A DNA stretch of 32,000 bases from Mycobacterium tuberculosis H37Rv (GTDB lineage: Bacteria > Actinomycetota > Actinomycetes > Mycobacteriales > Mycobacteriaceae), in the NCBI RefSeq assembly GCF_000195955.2, contig NC_000962.3, forward strand, positions 900,001 to 932,000, given 5' to 3'. Positions 20,741 through 30,485 of this stretch are shown here, piece after piece (the stretch's first letter is position 1; each line of letters begins with the position of its first letter). Made by a program: the position numbers and the translations under genes. The notes below the pieces were generated by a model. The model did not search any database. It worked only from the letters and a program-made list of their open reading frames with translations, and was not told where the DNA came from.

Positions 20741-21133
20741 TTACCCGACATCCTTGGTAGCCGATGCCTTAGCGACCGACTGCAGTCCGCCGGCAGCACG
20801 GTGGTGGCGGGGAATCCCGGGACCGGCGTGCTCGGCGTTGAAAACGGCGTCGATGACGAGCTGGCGCACGTGCTCGTTCTCCAGACGGTAAAAGATCGTG
20901 GTTCCATCGCGGCGGGTGCGCACCAGCCGCGCCATTCGTAGCTTTGCCAGGTGCTGGGAGACCGACGGCGCGGGCTTGCCCACCTGCTCGGCGAGTTCAT
21001 TGACCGACATTTCGCGGTCTGCCAGCGACCACAGCACCTGCACGCGGGTCGCGTCGGCGAGCATTCGGAACACCTCGACCACCAAGCAGACCTGATCGTC
21101 AGGCAACGGGTCAGGTCCACTATCTGCGTACAT
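20741..21133 (-). CDS. kmtR: ArsR/SmtB-family metal-sensing repressor KmtR
   Basis: MYADSGPDPLPDDQVCLVVEVFRMLADATRVQVLWSLADREMSVNELAEQVGKPAPSVSQHLAKLRMARLVRTRRDGTTIFYRL, with His-rich C-terminus. Confidence 0.93.
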   Translation of the reverse strand: MYADSGPDPLPDDQVCLVVEVFRMLADATRVQVLWSLADREMSVNELAEQVGKPAPSVSQHLAKLRMARLVRTRRDGTTIFYRLENEHVRQLVIDAVFNAEHAGPGIPRHHRAAGGLQSVAKASATKDVG

Positions 21134-21138
21134 ACGCA
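21125..21138. promoter_or_regulatory. Inverted repeat TGCGTA-CA-TACGCA over the kmtR start codon, candidate auto-operator
   Basis: Perfect 6-bp half-sites with 2-bp spacer, directly followed on the minus strand by TATTGT -10-like element (complement of 21140-21145). Confidence 0.45.
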
Positions 21139-21190
21139 AACAATAGAACGCGGGCGTGGTGGGCTGTCAAGGTCGCGGGTCGGCGCCCGC

Positions 21191-21613
21191 TCAGCCCGTC
21201 GGAGCGGCGATCGCGCTGCGCTCACCGCCGTTGGGTTCCTGCCGGAACCGGTAGACATCCACCGCGCCAGCCCTGATATCGGGCCGGTGCTCTTGGCGCA
21301 TCGGCAGGCGCCGGTCCTGCCATTCCTTGGCGAACTCGTCGTAGAAGGTGGCGGGCTCGAAGTACCTGCGGTCATCGACGTAATGCGGTTCATAGGCGTC
21401 ACGCGACGTCAGGAAGACAACCTCATCGGGTGAGCAGTAGTACAGCGATCCATAGCACATCGGACACGGATGGGCCAGCACGTTGAGAGTGGTACCGACC
21501 AGGTGCTCAGTGCCCAGCTTGGTGCACGCGGCACGGATGGCAAGGCTCTCGGCGTGGGCGGTCGGATCATTGGTTTGGGCCCATCGTCGAAAACCTGCCA
21601 TGCCTGCCGGCAT
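21191..21613 (-). pseudogene. Cytidine/guanine deaminase-like protein, apparently lacking its native N-terminus
   Basis: Zinc motifs DPTAHAESLAIRAA and AHPCPMCYGSLYY present. The domain's N-terminal strands are missing; sequence upstream of about NDPTAHAE is antisense to a TnpB remnant. Annotated-style start at 21613; open frame extends to 21838. Confidence 0.65.
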
Positions 21614-21865
21614 GTGCAAGACATCGGCTGGGACGAAAAATGGCAATGCGACGGCTGTTCGATCACGCACCAACGTGACGACAACGCCGCGATCAACCTC
21701 GCACGCTACGAGGAACCACCTAGCGTCGTCGGCCCAGTTGGGGCCGCCGTCAAGCGTGGAGCCGACCGTAAGACCGGGCCTGGCCCGGCGGGTGGCCGTG
21801 AAGCGCGGAAGGCAACCGGCCACCCGGCTGGCGAACAACCCCGAGACGGGGTGCTAGTCGCGTGA
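21584..21865 (+). pseudogene. C-terminal remnant of a TnpB/OrfB-type protein (IS200/IS605 group, IS1605-like)
   Basis: Frame of ORF 21470..21865: SSKTCHACRHVQDIGWDEKWQCDGCSITHQRDDNAAINLARYEEPPSVVGPVGAAVKRGADRKTGPGPAGGREARKATG, the zinc ribbon plus DDNAAxNLA motif with no upstream TnpB catalytic domain. Confidence 0.88.
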
Positions 21866-21915
21866 CCACTAAAGATCACTCACTTGCAACGGTAGTTCGC
21901 AGTGGAGACCACGGT

Positions 21916-21932
21916 AGTAGCTAGACTATCTA
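21916..21932. promoter_or_regulatory. Imperfect 17-bp inverted repeat GTAGcTAG-a-CTAtCTAC upstream of the methyltransferase gene
   Basis: gtagctagactatctac; arms match except at symmetric positions 5 and 13; located 37 bp before ATG at 21970. Confidence 0.4.
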
Positions 21933-21969
21933 CATTTATCGCATATCCGTTTTGCTTGAGGGGGCAACG

Positions 21970-22875
21970 ATGGTACGCGCCGATCGTGATCGCTGGGATC
22001 TCGCGACGAGTGTCGGGGCGACGGCTACCATGGTCGCCGCCCAGCGCGCGCTGGCTGCCGACCCGCGATATGCGCTGATCGATGATCCATATGCGGCGCC
22101 GTTGGTGCGTGCCGTTGGTATGGACGTCTACACGCGGCTGGTGGATTGGCAGATCCCCGTCGAGGGGGATTCCGAGTTCGATCCGCAGCGAATGGCCACG
22201 GGGATGGCCTGCCGCACCAGGTTCTTCGATCAGTTCTTCCTTGATGCCACCCACAGTGGCATCGGCCAGTTCGTCATCCTGGCGTCCGGGCTGGACGCCC
22301 GGGCTTACCGCCTTGCCTGGCCGGTGGGCAGCATCGTCTACGAAGTGGACATGCCGGAGGTGATCGAGTTCAAGACCGCCACGCTGAGCGATCTGGGCGC
22401 CGAGCCGGCCACCGAACGCCGGACTGTCGCGGTCGACTTGCGCGACGACTGGGCCACCGCACTTCAGACGGCGGGTTTTGATCCGAAGGTGCCAGCGGCC
22501 TGGAGTGCTGAAGGGTTGCTGGTATACCTGCCGGTCGAAGCTCAGGATGCGCTGTTCGACAACATCACCGCGTTGAGTGCTCCCGGTAGTCGGCTGGCGT
22601 TCGAATTCGTGCCGGATACCGCGATTTTTGCCGATGAGCGATGGCGCAACTATCACAATCGGATGAGCGAGCTCGGATTCGACATCGACCTCAACGAGCT
22701 GGTGTACCACGGTCAGCGTGGTCACGTTCTCGACTATTTAACCCGCGATGGCTGGCAGACCTCGGCGCTTACGGTCACGCAGTTGTACGAGGCAAACGGC
22801 TTTGCCTATCCCGACGACGAGCTCGCGACGGCGTTTGCCGACCTCACCTACAGCAGCGCGACGCTCATGCGCTAA
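21970..22875 (+). CDS. S-adenosylmethionine-dependent methyltransferase (mycobacterial TIGR00027-type family)
   Basis: [52 protein letters not shown]...[12 protein letters not shown]...[36 protein letters not shown]; preceded by gaggggg ribosome-binding-like sequence. Confidence 0.93.
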
Positions 22876-22893
22876 AGCAAGCGATCTGACCGC

Positions 22894-23709
22894 TTACTGG
22901 CGAAGCAGCTCATCTTTCAGGCGACTGGTGATCATCTCCTGAAACACGACCTGGGCCGGACCGTACAGGTCCTGGAATGTCGACACTAAGGCGTCCCTGT
23001 TGTACTCGGGAATGGAGCCGCCACTGGGAGTCCAAAAGCTATCGATGTCCAGCAGGAAGAATGGTCCGGTTTGGGCGGGTGTTATTCGGCGCAGATGGTA
23101 ATTGGGATCAAGCGCTTGGCCCATACCCGGGCCGTAGCGCACGATGAGCGATTTGCCTGGTTGTAGCTCACGGTAGACTGCGGCACCCTGCCACTCGGTC
23201 AGGACCAGGCCGCCGGGAGTGAAACGCTGCGGCCCGAGCAGCTGCTCGTCGATCCAGTTGCTCCACGTGATCCGGCCGTCGACACCCGCGGGGACGCGGA
23301 TCTCCAGAACAAAGCGAAGACCGATACGCTCCAACCCAACGATTGACGAGACCTGCGCGCGAGCATCCACGACCCGCATCACAACGTCGGTAAAGGCCTC
23401 AAAGCTGCGGTAGGCGGTGGTCTCCACGACTATCGCCTGGTTCTTCAGTGAAGCGGCGGTGGTGTTATCGCGATTGACATAACGAACGAAACGATCCGCG
23501 ACCGGGGTGGGGGCTCCACCGGGCGCCGTCATCCCCCAGCTGACGTCCTGCGCCTGGCGTTCGATCGGTAGATCATTGATAAGCAGGTGTTTGAGCTCCC
23601 GGTTCGCTGATTCGGTGAGCGAATCCGTTGTCGGGTGACGGATTTCCACCGTCACCAGGGCAACGGGTGCGTTGGGCTGGACCTCATCCTGATTTGTCTC
23701 GGGGAGCAT
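22894..23709 (-). CDS. Conserved protein of unknown function, possibly TIGR04255-like
   Basis: MLPETNQDEVQPNAPVALVTVEIRHPTTDSL...IVGLERIGLRFVLEIRVP...GPFFLLDIDSFW; open frame extends upstream to 23811. Confidence 0.7.
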   Translation of the reverse strand: MLPETNQDEVQPNAPVALVTVEIRHPTTDSLTESANRELKHLLINDLPIERQAQDVSWGMTAPGGAPTPVADRFVRYVNRDNTTAASLKNQAIVVETTAYRSFEAFTDVVMRVVDARAQVSSIVGLERIGLRFVLEIRVPAGVDGRITWSNWIDEQLLGPQRFTPGGLVLTEWQGAAVYRELQPGKSLIVRYGPGMGQALDPNYHLRRITPAQTGPFFLLDIDSFWTPSGGSIPEYNRDALVSTFQDLYGPAQVVFQEMITSRLKDELLRQ

Positions 23710-23802
23710 AGACAGCAAGCATAGCCAGGTTGCTTTGCTCAGATCGCCGGACCGTGCATCGGGAGGGAATCGGCGATGCGCACGGCTTCGTGCCCCTGTT
23801 TG

Positions 23803-23875
23803 TGCCCCCACCAGGACTCGAACCTGGGACCTGCGGATTAAAAGTCCGTAGCTCTACCAACTGAGCTATAGGGGC
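23803..23875 (-). tRNA. tRNA-Lys (anticodon TTT)
   Basis: GCCCCTATAGCTCAGTTGGTAGAGCTACGGACTTTTAATCCGCAGGTCCCAGGTTCGAGTCCTGGTGGGGGCA folds as a cloverleaf; anticodon loop CTTTTAA. Confidence 0.97.
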
Positions 23876-23998
23876 GCGAAGACTCAGGATACTGCGTTGG
23901 CGTCGGCCGCTCGTTTGAGGAATAGGCTGGGGGTGACCTAAGCTGGCGTGGCTCCCAACGGTCACCACGTTGCGAGTGCCCCGGAGAGATTCGGTTCT

Positions 23999-24072
23999 GC
24001 CCCCTTCGTCTAGACGGCCTAGGACGCCGCCCTTTCAAGGCGGTAACGCGGGTTCGAATCCCGTAGGGGGTA
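23999..24072 (+). tRNA. tRNA-Glu (anticodon TTC)
   Basis: GCCCCCTTCGTCTAGACGGCCTAGGACGCCGCCCTTTCAAGGCGGTAACGCGGGTTCGAATCCCGTAGGGGGTA; anticodon loop CTTTCAA in CCGCC/GGCGG stem. Confidence 0.96.
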
Positions 24073-24109
24073 CCTGCGACGCGGTATCGCGGAGCACACA
24101 ACACAGCAA

Positions 24110-24183
24110 GGCCCTGTGGCGCAGTTGGTTAGCGCGCCGCCCTGTCACGGCGGAGGTCGCGGGTTCGAGTCCCGTCAGGGTCG
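24110..24183 (+). tRNA. tRNA-Asp (anticodon GTC)
   Basis: GGCCCTGTGGCGCAGTTGGTTAGCGCGCCGCCCTGTCACGGCGGAGGTCGCGGGTTCGAGTCCCGTCAGGGTCG; anticodon loop CTGTCAC. Confidence 0.97.
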
Positions 24184-24212
24184 CCAGGACGGTGAGGCAC
24201 ATGCTGCCTTCC

Positions 24213-24289
24213 GGCCAGGTAGCTCAGTCGGTATGAGCGTCCGCCTGAAAAGCGGAAGGTCGGCGGTTCGATCCCGCCCCTGGCCACCA
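24213..24289 (+). tRNA. tRNA-Phe (anticodon GAA), 3' CCA encoded
   Basis: GGCCAGGTAGCTCAGTCGGTATGAGCGTCCGCCTGAAAAGCGGAAGGTCGGCGGTTCGATCCCGCCCCTGGCCACCA; anticodon loop CTGAAAA. Confidence 0.97.
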
Positions 24290-24950
24290 TGGTCTACCTG
24301 GATAGGCACTGTGGCGGCACTGCTACGTAGCCGACCTCCCTGGGTCTGGGTGATTGGTCCCGGGCTGCGATGGTCGTGAGCACACGCCCGGATCACCGAT
24401 GCCGTCCCGCCCCGGTAGGCCATCGCGGCGATGATCGAGATTGCCGGCCGGGTTGATCGCTGCGGATTCCACCCGGGTCGAACGGCGGGTCCATCTGCTC
24501 CTCGATCGCTCGTGAAAGACCTGATTGTTCAGCCATTTCCAGCATCACAGGCGCCAAACCCATTGGCCGACATCAAATTCCGCTCGTCAACCACCGCCGG
24601 CTCGGTGGTGAACGCATGCAGTGAATGGGTCAAAAGTGTGGTCTTGGACTGTAGAGAAATGCGACGTGAGCGCTGGTGTTGTCCCAGGCCAGAAGGCCCA
24701 GAAGACTTGTCGCGGTTCGCACGCCGATCGAGTCACCGGACCATCCATGGGCGATGCGCCGGAAAACCAGACGCGCGCAAGCCTCGAAGGCCTTGGCGTG
24801 GCGAAGGGCCGCCGGCTAGGGCAACCCTCGTATTCCCGGATGTTGGCGGCCCGACGGGATTACACTGCTTCCTGCTGATTCCTCCCTGCGATCGGTCGAT
24901 CGCAGGATCGGTTGGCATCGAGGTCATGTCGCTGTGGGAGGAGATGTCGC

Positions 24951-25364
24951 GTGTCTTATGTGAGCGTGTTGCCCGCTACGCTGGCCACAGCGGCAACAGA
25001 GGTGGCCCGCATCGGCTCGGCGCTCAGTTTGGCTAGCGCGGTCGCGGCGGCCCAGACCAGCGCGGTGCAGGCCGCGGCCGCGGATGAGGTGTCGGCGGCG
25101 ATCGCTGCGCTGTTTTCCGCCCACGGGCGGGATTTTCAGGCGCTCAGCGCGCGGGCGGCAGCGTTTCATCACGAGTTTGTGCAGGCCCTGGCCGCGGGTG
25201 CGGGGTCCTATGCGGTCGCCGAGATTGCCGCCGCATCGCCGTTGCAGAGCCTGATCGACGTGTTCAACGCGCCCATCCAGGCCGCCACCGGGCGCCCGCT
25301 GATCGGCAACGGCGCCAACGGCCAGCCGGGCACCGGGGCCCCGGGGGGCCCGGCGGGTGGTTGA
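24951..25364 (+). CDS. PE_PGRS12: PE-domain protein (PE_PGRS12), likely the N-terminal half of a frameshifted PE_PGRS gene
   Basis: [80 protein letters not shown]..., the PE domain, ending abruptly at GAPGGPAGG-stop where the PGRS region should begin. Confidence 0.93.
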   Translation: MSYVSVLPATLATAATEVARIGSALSLASAVAAAQTSAVQAAAADEVSAAIAALFSAHGRDFQALSARAAAFHHEFVQALAAGAGSYAVAEIAAASPLQSLIDVFNAPIQAATGRPLIGNGANGQPGTGAPGGPAGG

Positions 25365-27610
25365 TCGGCAACGGCGGGGCCGGCGGGTCCGGGGCGCCCG
25401 GCGCCATCGGTGGGGCCGGCGGGCCCGCGGGGTTGATCGGTGTCGGAGGTGCCGGCGGGGCCGGTGGAGACTCCGCGGTCGCGGGTGTCATCGGAGGGGC
25501 CGGTGGGGCAGGCGGGGCTGCCCTGCTGTTCGGTGCCGGTGGGGCCGGCGGGGCCGGGGGTTCCGGCGGTTCCGGCGCAGCTGGTGGGGCCGGTGGCGCC
25601 GGTGGGGCCGGCGGGCTGTTCGCCAGCGGCGGCAGCGGCGGGTTCGGCGGGTTCGCATCGACGGGCACCGGTGGGGCCGGCGGCACCGGTGGGGCTGGTG
25701 GGTTGTTCGCCAGCGGCGGGGTCGGCGGTACTGGCGGGGGAGCCGGGTCCGGCGGTACCGGTGGGGTTGGTGGGACGGGTGGGGCCGGAGGGCTGTTCGC
25801 TAGCGGCGGCGCTGGCGGGGCCGGCGGGTCCGGCGGTACCGGTGGGGCTGGTGGGACGGGTGGGGCCGGCGGGCTGTTCGGAGCCGGTGGCGCTGGCGGG
25901 CTCGGCGGGCAAGGCAACCACACCGGCGGGCACGGTGGGGCCGGTGGCAGCGCCGGCCTGCTCGCCCTTGGCGACGGCGGCGCTGGCGGGGCCGGCGGGG
26001 CCGCTACCACCGGAACCGGCGGGGCCGGCGGGGCGGGTGGCAAGGCCGGCCTGCTGTTCGGCTCCGGTGGGGCCGGTGGGTCCGGTGGGGCTGCCGGCAC
26101 CTTCGGTGACACCGGTAACTCCGGCGGGGCCGGTGGGGCGGGTGGCAAGGCCGGCCTGCTGTTCGGCTCCGGTGGGGCCGGTGGGTCCGGCGGCGCTGGG
26201 GGCTTCGCCAACGGCTCTACCGGCGGTGCCGGCGGGGCCGGCGGCGGGGCCGGGCTGATCGGCAACGGCGGCAACGGTGGCAGCGGCGGCACGTCGGTTG
26301 CCACCGGGGGGGCCGGGAACGGCGGTGCCGGCGGCGCCGGCGGCGGGGCCGGGCTGATCGGCAACGGCGGCAACGGCGGCAGTGGCGGAATGGGCGATGC
26401 CCCGGGCGGCACCGGCGTCGGCGGCATCGGTGGGCTGTTGTTGGGTTTGGACGGCGCCAACGCCCCGGCCAGCACCAACCCGCTGCACACCGCGCAGCAG
26501 CAGGCGTTGGCCGCAGTCAACGCGCCCATCCAGGCCGTGACCGGGCGCCCGCTGATCGGCAACGGCGCCAACGGCGCCCCGGGCAGCGGGGCCCCCGGCG
26601 GGCACGGCGGGTGGTTGTTCGGCGGCGGAGGGACCGGCGGGTCCGGCGTCAGCGGCGGGGCGGGCGGAGATGGCGGGGCCGGCGGGATCTTGTTCGGCGC
26701 CGGCGGGGCCGGCGGCGCGGGCGGGGCCGTCACGGGAACCGGCGCCACCGGCGGGTCCGGTGGGGCCGGCGGTGGAGCCTTGCTGTTTGGGGCCGGTGGG
26801 GCCGGTGGAGCCGGCGGGTCCAGCGGGATTGGCGGGTTCGCCGCGGGCGGGGCCGGTGGGCCCGGAGGGGCCGGTGGGCTGTTCAACGGCGGCGGGGCCG
26901 GCGGGGCCGGCGGGTCCGGCGTCAGCGGCGGGGCTGGCGGGGAGGGCGGGGCCGGCGGGGCCGGTGGCCTGTTCGCCGGTGGCGGGGCCGGCGGGGCCGG
27001 CGGATCGGGCAACAACGTCGGGGGGGCCGGCGGGGCCGGTGGGGTCGGTGGGCTGTTCGGGGCCGGCGGGGCCGGCGGATCCGGCGGCGGCGGTAGCGTT
27101 GCTGGCGACAGTGGGGCCGGCGGCAACGCGGGCTTGCTCGCCCCCGGTCTCGCCGGCGGTGCCGGCGGTGGCGGCGGGCAGGGTTTTGACACCGGCGGGG
27201 CCGGCGGGCCCGGCGGCGACGCCGGCCTGCTGGTCGGCTCCGGCGGGGTCGGAGGTGCCGGCGGATTCGGCCTCACTACGGGTGGGCCTGGGGCGGCCGG
27301 CGGCGACGCCGGCCTGCTGTTCGGCTCCGGCGGCGCTGGCGGGGCCGGCGGCTCCGGCCGAACCGACCTCGGCGGCGCTGGCGGAGCCGGCGGCAAGGCC
27401 GGGCTGATCGGCAACGGCGGTAACGGCGGGGCCGGCGGGGCCGGCGGGAACGGCGGCGGGGACGGCGGGCCCGGTGGAGCCGCCTTCGGGCTCGGTAACG
27501 GCGGCAACGGCGGCAACGGGGGGACCGGCACGTCCGCGGGCAGCCCCGGTGCCGGCGGCGCCGGTGGTTCGCTGATCGGCGCGGAGGGGCTGCCCGGGCT
27601 GCTGCCCTAG
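25361..27610 (+). CDS. PE_PGRS13: PGRS region without PE domain (PE_PGRS13), likely the C-terminal part of the gene beginning at 24951
   Basis: [27 protein letters not shown]...; 749 aa of GGAGG/GNGG repeats, TTG start overlapping the previous stop. Confidence 0.9.
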   Translation: MIGNGGAGGSGAPGAIGGAGGPAGLIGVGGAGGAGGDSAVAGVIGGAGGAGGAALLFGAGGAGGAGGSGGSGAAGGAGGAGGAGGLFASGGSGGFGGFASTGTGGAGGTGGAGGLFASGGVGGTGGGAGSGGTGGVGGTGGAGGLFASGGAGGAGGSGGTGGAGGTGGAGGLFGAGGAGGLGGQGNHTGGHGGAGGSAGLLALGDGGAGGAGGAATTGTGGAGGAGGKAGLLFGSGGAGGSGGAAGTFGDTGNSGGAGGAGGKAGLLFGSGGAGGSGGAGGFANGSTGGAGGAGGGAGLIGNGGNGGSGGTSVATGGAGNGGAGGAGGGAGLIGNGGNGGSGGMGDAPGGTGVGGIGGLLLGLDGANAPASTNPLHTAQQQALAAVNAPIQAVTGRPLIGNGANGAPGSGAPGGHGGWLFGGGGTGGSGVSGGAGGDGGAGGILFGAGGAGGAGGAVTGTGATGGSGGAGGGALLFGAGGAGGAGGSSGIGGFAAGGAGGPGGAGGLFNGGGAGGAGGSGVSGGAGGEGGAGGAGGLFAGGGAGGAGGSGNNVGGAGGAGGVGGLFGAGGAGGSGGGGSVAGDSGAGGNAGLLAPGLAGGAGGGGGQGFDTGGAGGPGGDAGLLVGSGGVGGAGGFGLTTGGPGAAGGDAGLLFGSGGAGGAGGSGRTDLGGAGGAGGKAGLIGNGGNGGAGGAGGNGGGDGGPGGAAFGLGNGGNGGNGGTGTSAGSPGAGGAGGSLIGAEGLPGLLP

Positions 27611-27836
27611 CCGGCCCGGTTGGACCACGTGATCGACGACCGTCACAAGTCGACACGCCGAACGTGCAACCACGGCGGCATCACCTGGCGTGTCGCCGCC
27701 ACCAGCGCACGCTCGGCACGGAGTTTAGCAACTACTCATCCAGAAGCCGGCCACTACGGCCTGGCCACCTGGTTTACCCGCATGGACGCGATGACCGCAC
27801 CGACCTGAGTCGGCATTGCTGGTTGCGCTCATCCGG

Positions 27837-30485
27837 TTATGGCAAGCCGTTCTGTCCCGGCGCGCCAAACACCCCGGCCTTGCCACCGGTACCGCCGGCT
27901 CCGCCGTTGACGCCGTTGCCGCCGTTGCCACCGTAGCCGAGGGTAGACGGGGCGAGCATGCCGTTGACAACTATCGTCGTGTCGCCGCCGTTGCCGCCGG
28001 TGTTAGCCCCGAAGCCGGTGCCGGCGTTGCCGCCGTTCCCACCCACGCCGACTAGTCCGAGGGCGTCGCCGCCGTTGCCGCCAGCGCCACCGTTACCGGT
28101 GGGGGCGGCGCCGCCGGCACCGCCGGCACCGCCCACGGCGATCCCAACCGCTACGGCCTCGCCGCCGTCGCCGCCGTCGCCGCCCATGCCGCCCAGCACC
28201 CCCAGGGCGCCACCACCGTCGCCGCCGGCGCCGCCGATGCCGATGCCCAGGATCACGGGTGAGCTCAACCCGCCACCGCCACCGGCCCCCCCGTTGCCGC
28301 CGGTCCCGGTGGCGGTGCCGCCAGCTCCGCCGGCGCCGCCGTGCAGCACGGAGAACCCTAGGAAGTTTGCGATGCCAGCGCCGGCGCCGCCGAAGCCGCC
28401 GGCTCCGCCGGTGGCGCCGTCCCCGGTGGCGGCACCACCAGCCCCGGCGGCGCCGCCAAAGCCTAGGCCGAGGACAGCAATGCCCTCGAAGACGCCGTCA
28501 CCGCCGGCTCCGCCGGTGGCGCCGCTAGTGCCGGCGCCGCCCTGCGCGCCCGCACCGCCGATGGCGATGGCGATCCCGAAGGGGCTGCTGGCGGTGCCCG
28601 TGCCACCCGGACCGCCGGGTCCGCCGACTCCCGTGGAAGCGTCGCCGCCGGCGGCTCCAGCGCCGCCCAGGGCAAAGATCAGGCCGCGGGCGCTGCCGCC
28701 AGCACCGCCGAACCCGCCGGTTCCGCTGGTGGCGTCCCCGCCGGCCGCGCCGGCCCCGCCGACGGCCGCGAGTGCGCCGGTAGCGCTGCCGCCGTTGCCG
28801 CCGTTGGCGCCGTTAACCCCGACTCCGGTGCCGGCGTTGCCGCCGTTGCCACCTGCGCCGACGAATCCGAAGCCGTCACCGCCGGCACCGCCGCTGCCGC
28901 CGGTACCAACCGAAGCCCCGCCGCCGTGCCCACCGGCGCCGCCCACGCCGCCCAGCAGCCCGGTCCCGCTGCCTCCGGCGCCGCCGTTGCCGCCGGTGTC
29001 GGTGGCGGCTCCGCCAACCCCCCCGACGCCGCCGATGCCGGCGCCGATCAATCCGAGGGCATCGCCGCCGGTCCCGCCATGGCCGCCGCTACCAGCCGAA
29101 GCGGCGCCGCCGGGACCGCCGGCGCCGCCGGCGCCGCCCAGCAGCCCGACGCCCAATCCGCCGGCGCCGCCGATGCCGCCGGTCTCGGTGGCGGCCCCGC
29201 CAGCCCCGCCGGCGCCGCCGACGCCCACGCCCAGAGCCGCGAAGCCGCCGGCACCAACGCCACCGGTCCCGCCGGTGCCGCCGGCACCGGTCGCAGCCCC
29301 ACCAAGCCCGCCGGCCCCGCCGTAGGCCGCGCCGAACCCGATGAAGTCGGGGGCAACAGCGAAGCCGCCAGTGCCGCCGGCCCCGCCGGTCCCAGTGGTA
29401 GCTGCGCCACCATTGCCGCCAGCACCGCCCCAGCTCAAGTCGAGCGCGAAAACGGTGCCCGAGGAACCGCCGGCACCGCCGGCGCCGCCGGCACCGCCGT
29501 TAGTACCTGCGCCGCCGTGCCCGCCGGCACCGCCGATGCCGATGTCGATCCCGAAGGGGCTGGCGGCGCCACCAGAGCCACCGGCACCGCCGGCACCGCC
29601 GCTTCCCATGGCCGAGTCGCCGCCCTGACCGCCGGACCCGCCCAGGCCAAGGAACAGCCCCAATGCGTTGCTGCCGGCGCCGCCGGCACCGCCGGTTCCA
29701 GTGGTAGCGGCCCCGCCGGCGCCACCGGCGCCACCGATGGCTACCAGCGCGCCGCCGGCTCCACCGGCGCCGCCGACCCCGCCGTTCCCGACTCCGCTGG
29801 CGGCCCCGCCAGCTCCGCCGTTGCCGCCAATGCCGAACATCAGCGCGTTGCCACCCGCCCCACCGGACCCGCCGCCGGACCCGCCGGCCCCGCCAGCTCC
29901 GCCGCTACCCCACAGCCACCCGCCGGTGCCGCCTTTGCCACCCGAGGCGCCGGTGCCTCCGGCCCCACCGGTCCCGCCATGGCCCAGCAGCCCGGCGGCA
30001 CCCCCGGCACCCCCGGTCTGCCCCGGAGCACCCGAACCGCCGTTGCCGCCGTTGCCCAACAACCAGCCTCCAGGCCCACCGGCCTCCCCGGTCCCCGGGG
30101 CGCCGTTGGTGCCGTTGCCGATAAAAGGTCGGCCCGACAACGCGGCGGCGGGTGCATTGATGGCGCCTAGCAAGCCCTGCTCGAGGGTCTGCAACGGCGA
30201 CGCGTTGGCCGCTTCGGCGGCCGCATAGGCGCCCATAGCCCCGGCCAGTGCCTGCACAAACCGGGCATGAAACGCCGCCGCCTGCGCGCTCATCGCCTGA
30301 TACTGCTGACCGTGGCTGGAAAACAACGCCGCGATGGCCGCCGACACCTCATCGCCAGCAGCGGCCAACAGCCCGCTTGTCGGGACGGCGGCCGCCGCAT
30401 TGGCAGCGGTCAGGGACGCGCCGATGCCTGCAAGATCCTCCGTGGCCATCGCCACCAAGTCCGGCGCTGCAATCACGAAAGACAT
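27837..30485 (-). CDS. PE_PGRS14: PE_PGRS-family protein (PE_PGRS14), 882 aa
   Basis: [94 protein letters not shown]... followed by [20 protein letters not shown] linker and PGRS repeats. Confidence 0.96.
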   Translation of the reverse strand: MSFVIAAPDLVAMATEDLAGIGASLTAANAAAAVPTSGLLAAAGDEVSAAIAALFSSHGQQYQAMSAQAAAFHARFVQALAGAMGAYAAAEAANASPLQTLEQGLLGAINAPAAALSGRPFIGNGTNGAPGTGEAGGPGGWLLGNGGNGGSGAPGQTGGAGGAAGLLGHGGTGGAGGTGASGGKGGTGGWLWGSGGAGGAGGSGGGSGGAGGNALMFGIGGNGGAGGAASGVGNGGVGGAGGAGGALVAIGGAGGAGGAATTGTGGAGGAGSNALGLFLGLGGSGGQGGDSAMGSGGAGGAGGSGGAASPFGIDIGIGGAGGHGGAGTNGGAGGAGGAGGSSGTVFALDLSWGGAGGNGGAATTGTGGAGGTGGFAVAPDFIGFGAAYGGAGGLGGAATGAGGTGGTGGVGAGGFAALGVGVGGAGGAGGAATETGGIGGAGGLGVGLLGGAGGAGGPGGAASAGSGGHGGTGGDALGLIGAGIGGVGGVGGAATDTGGNGGAGGSGTGLLGGVGGAGGHGGGASVGTGGSGGAGGDGFGFVGAGGNGGNAGTGVGVNGANGGNGGSATGALAAVGGAGAAGGDATSGTGGFGGAGGSARGLIFALGGAGAAGGDASTGVGGPGGPGGTGTASSPFGIAIAIGGAGAQGGAGTSGATGGAGGDGVFEGIAVLGLGFGGAAGAGGAATGDGATGGAGGFGGAGAGIANFLGFSVLHGGAGGAGGTATGTGGNGGAGGGGGLSSPVILGIGIGGAGGDGGGALGVLGGMGGDGGDGGEAVAVGIAVGGAGGAGGAAPTGNGGAGGNGGDALGLVGVGGNGGNAGTGFGANTGGNGGDTTIVVNGMLAPSTLGYGGNGGNGVNGGAGGTGGKAGVFGAPGQNGLP

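Noticed and set aside
23710-23811. Upstream extension of the 22894-23709 gene to a 305-aa product
   Set aside because: Added residues (MGAQTGARSRAHRRFPPDARSG...) abut the tRNA-Lys gene and look noncoding; the MLPETNQDE start is more plausible.
23803-24289. tRNA cluster as an integration hotspot with a genomic island
   Set aside because: No integrase, no att-like duplication of a tRNA 3' end that I could find, and the neighbours are ordinary mycobacterial genes apart from the older TnpB fragment at 21.6 kb.
25264-27531. 755-aa minus-strand proline-rich ORF (and 25208..27673 minus, 821 aa)
   Set aside because: It is the antisense reading of GGC/GGG-rich PGRS repeats; low-complexity Pro/Ala output is expected from reversing Gly/Ala-rich coding DNA.
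27958-30170. Long plus-strand ORFs (455 aa at 27958..29325, 414 aa at 28926..30170)
   Set aside because: They are antisense to the well-supported PE_PGRS14 gene and have purely low-complexity composition.
25361-30485. Regularly spaced short repeats that could suggest a CRISPR array or minisatellite locus
   Set aside because: The periodicity is the codon-level GGxGGx repeat of PGRS proteins, without fixed-length direct repeats alternating with unique spacers.
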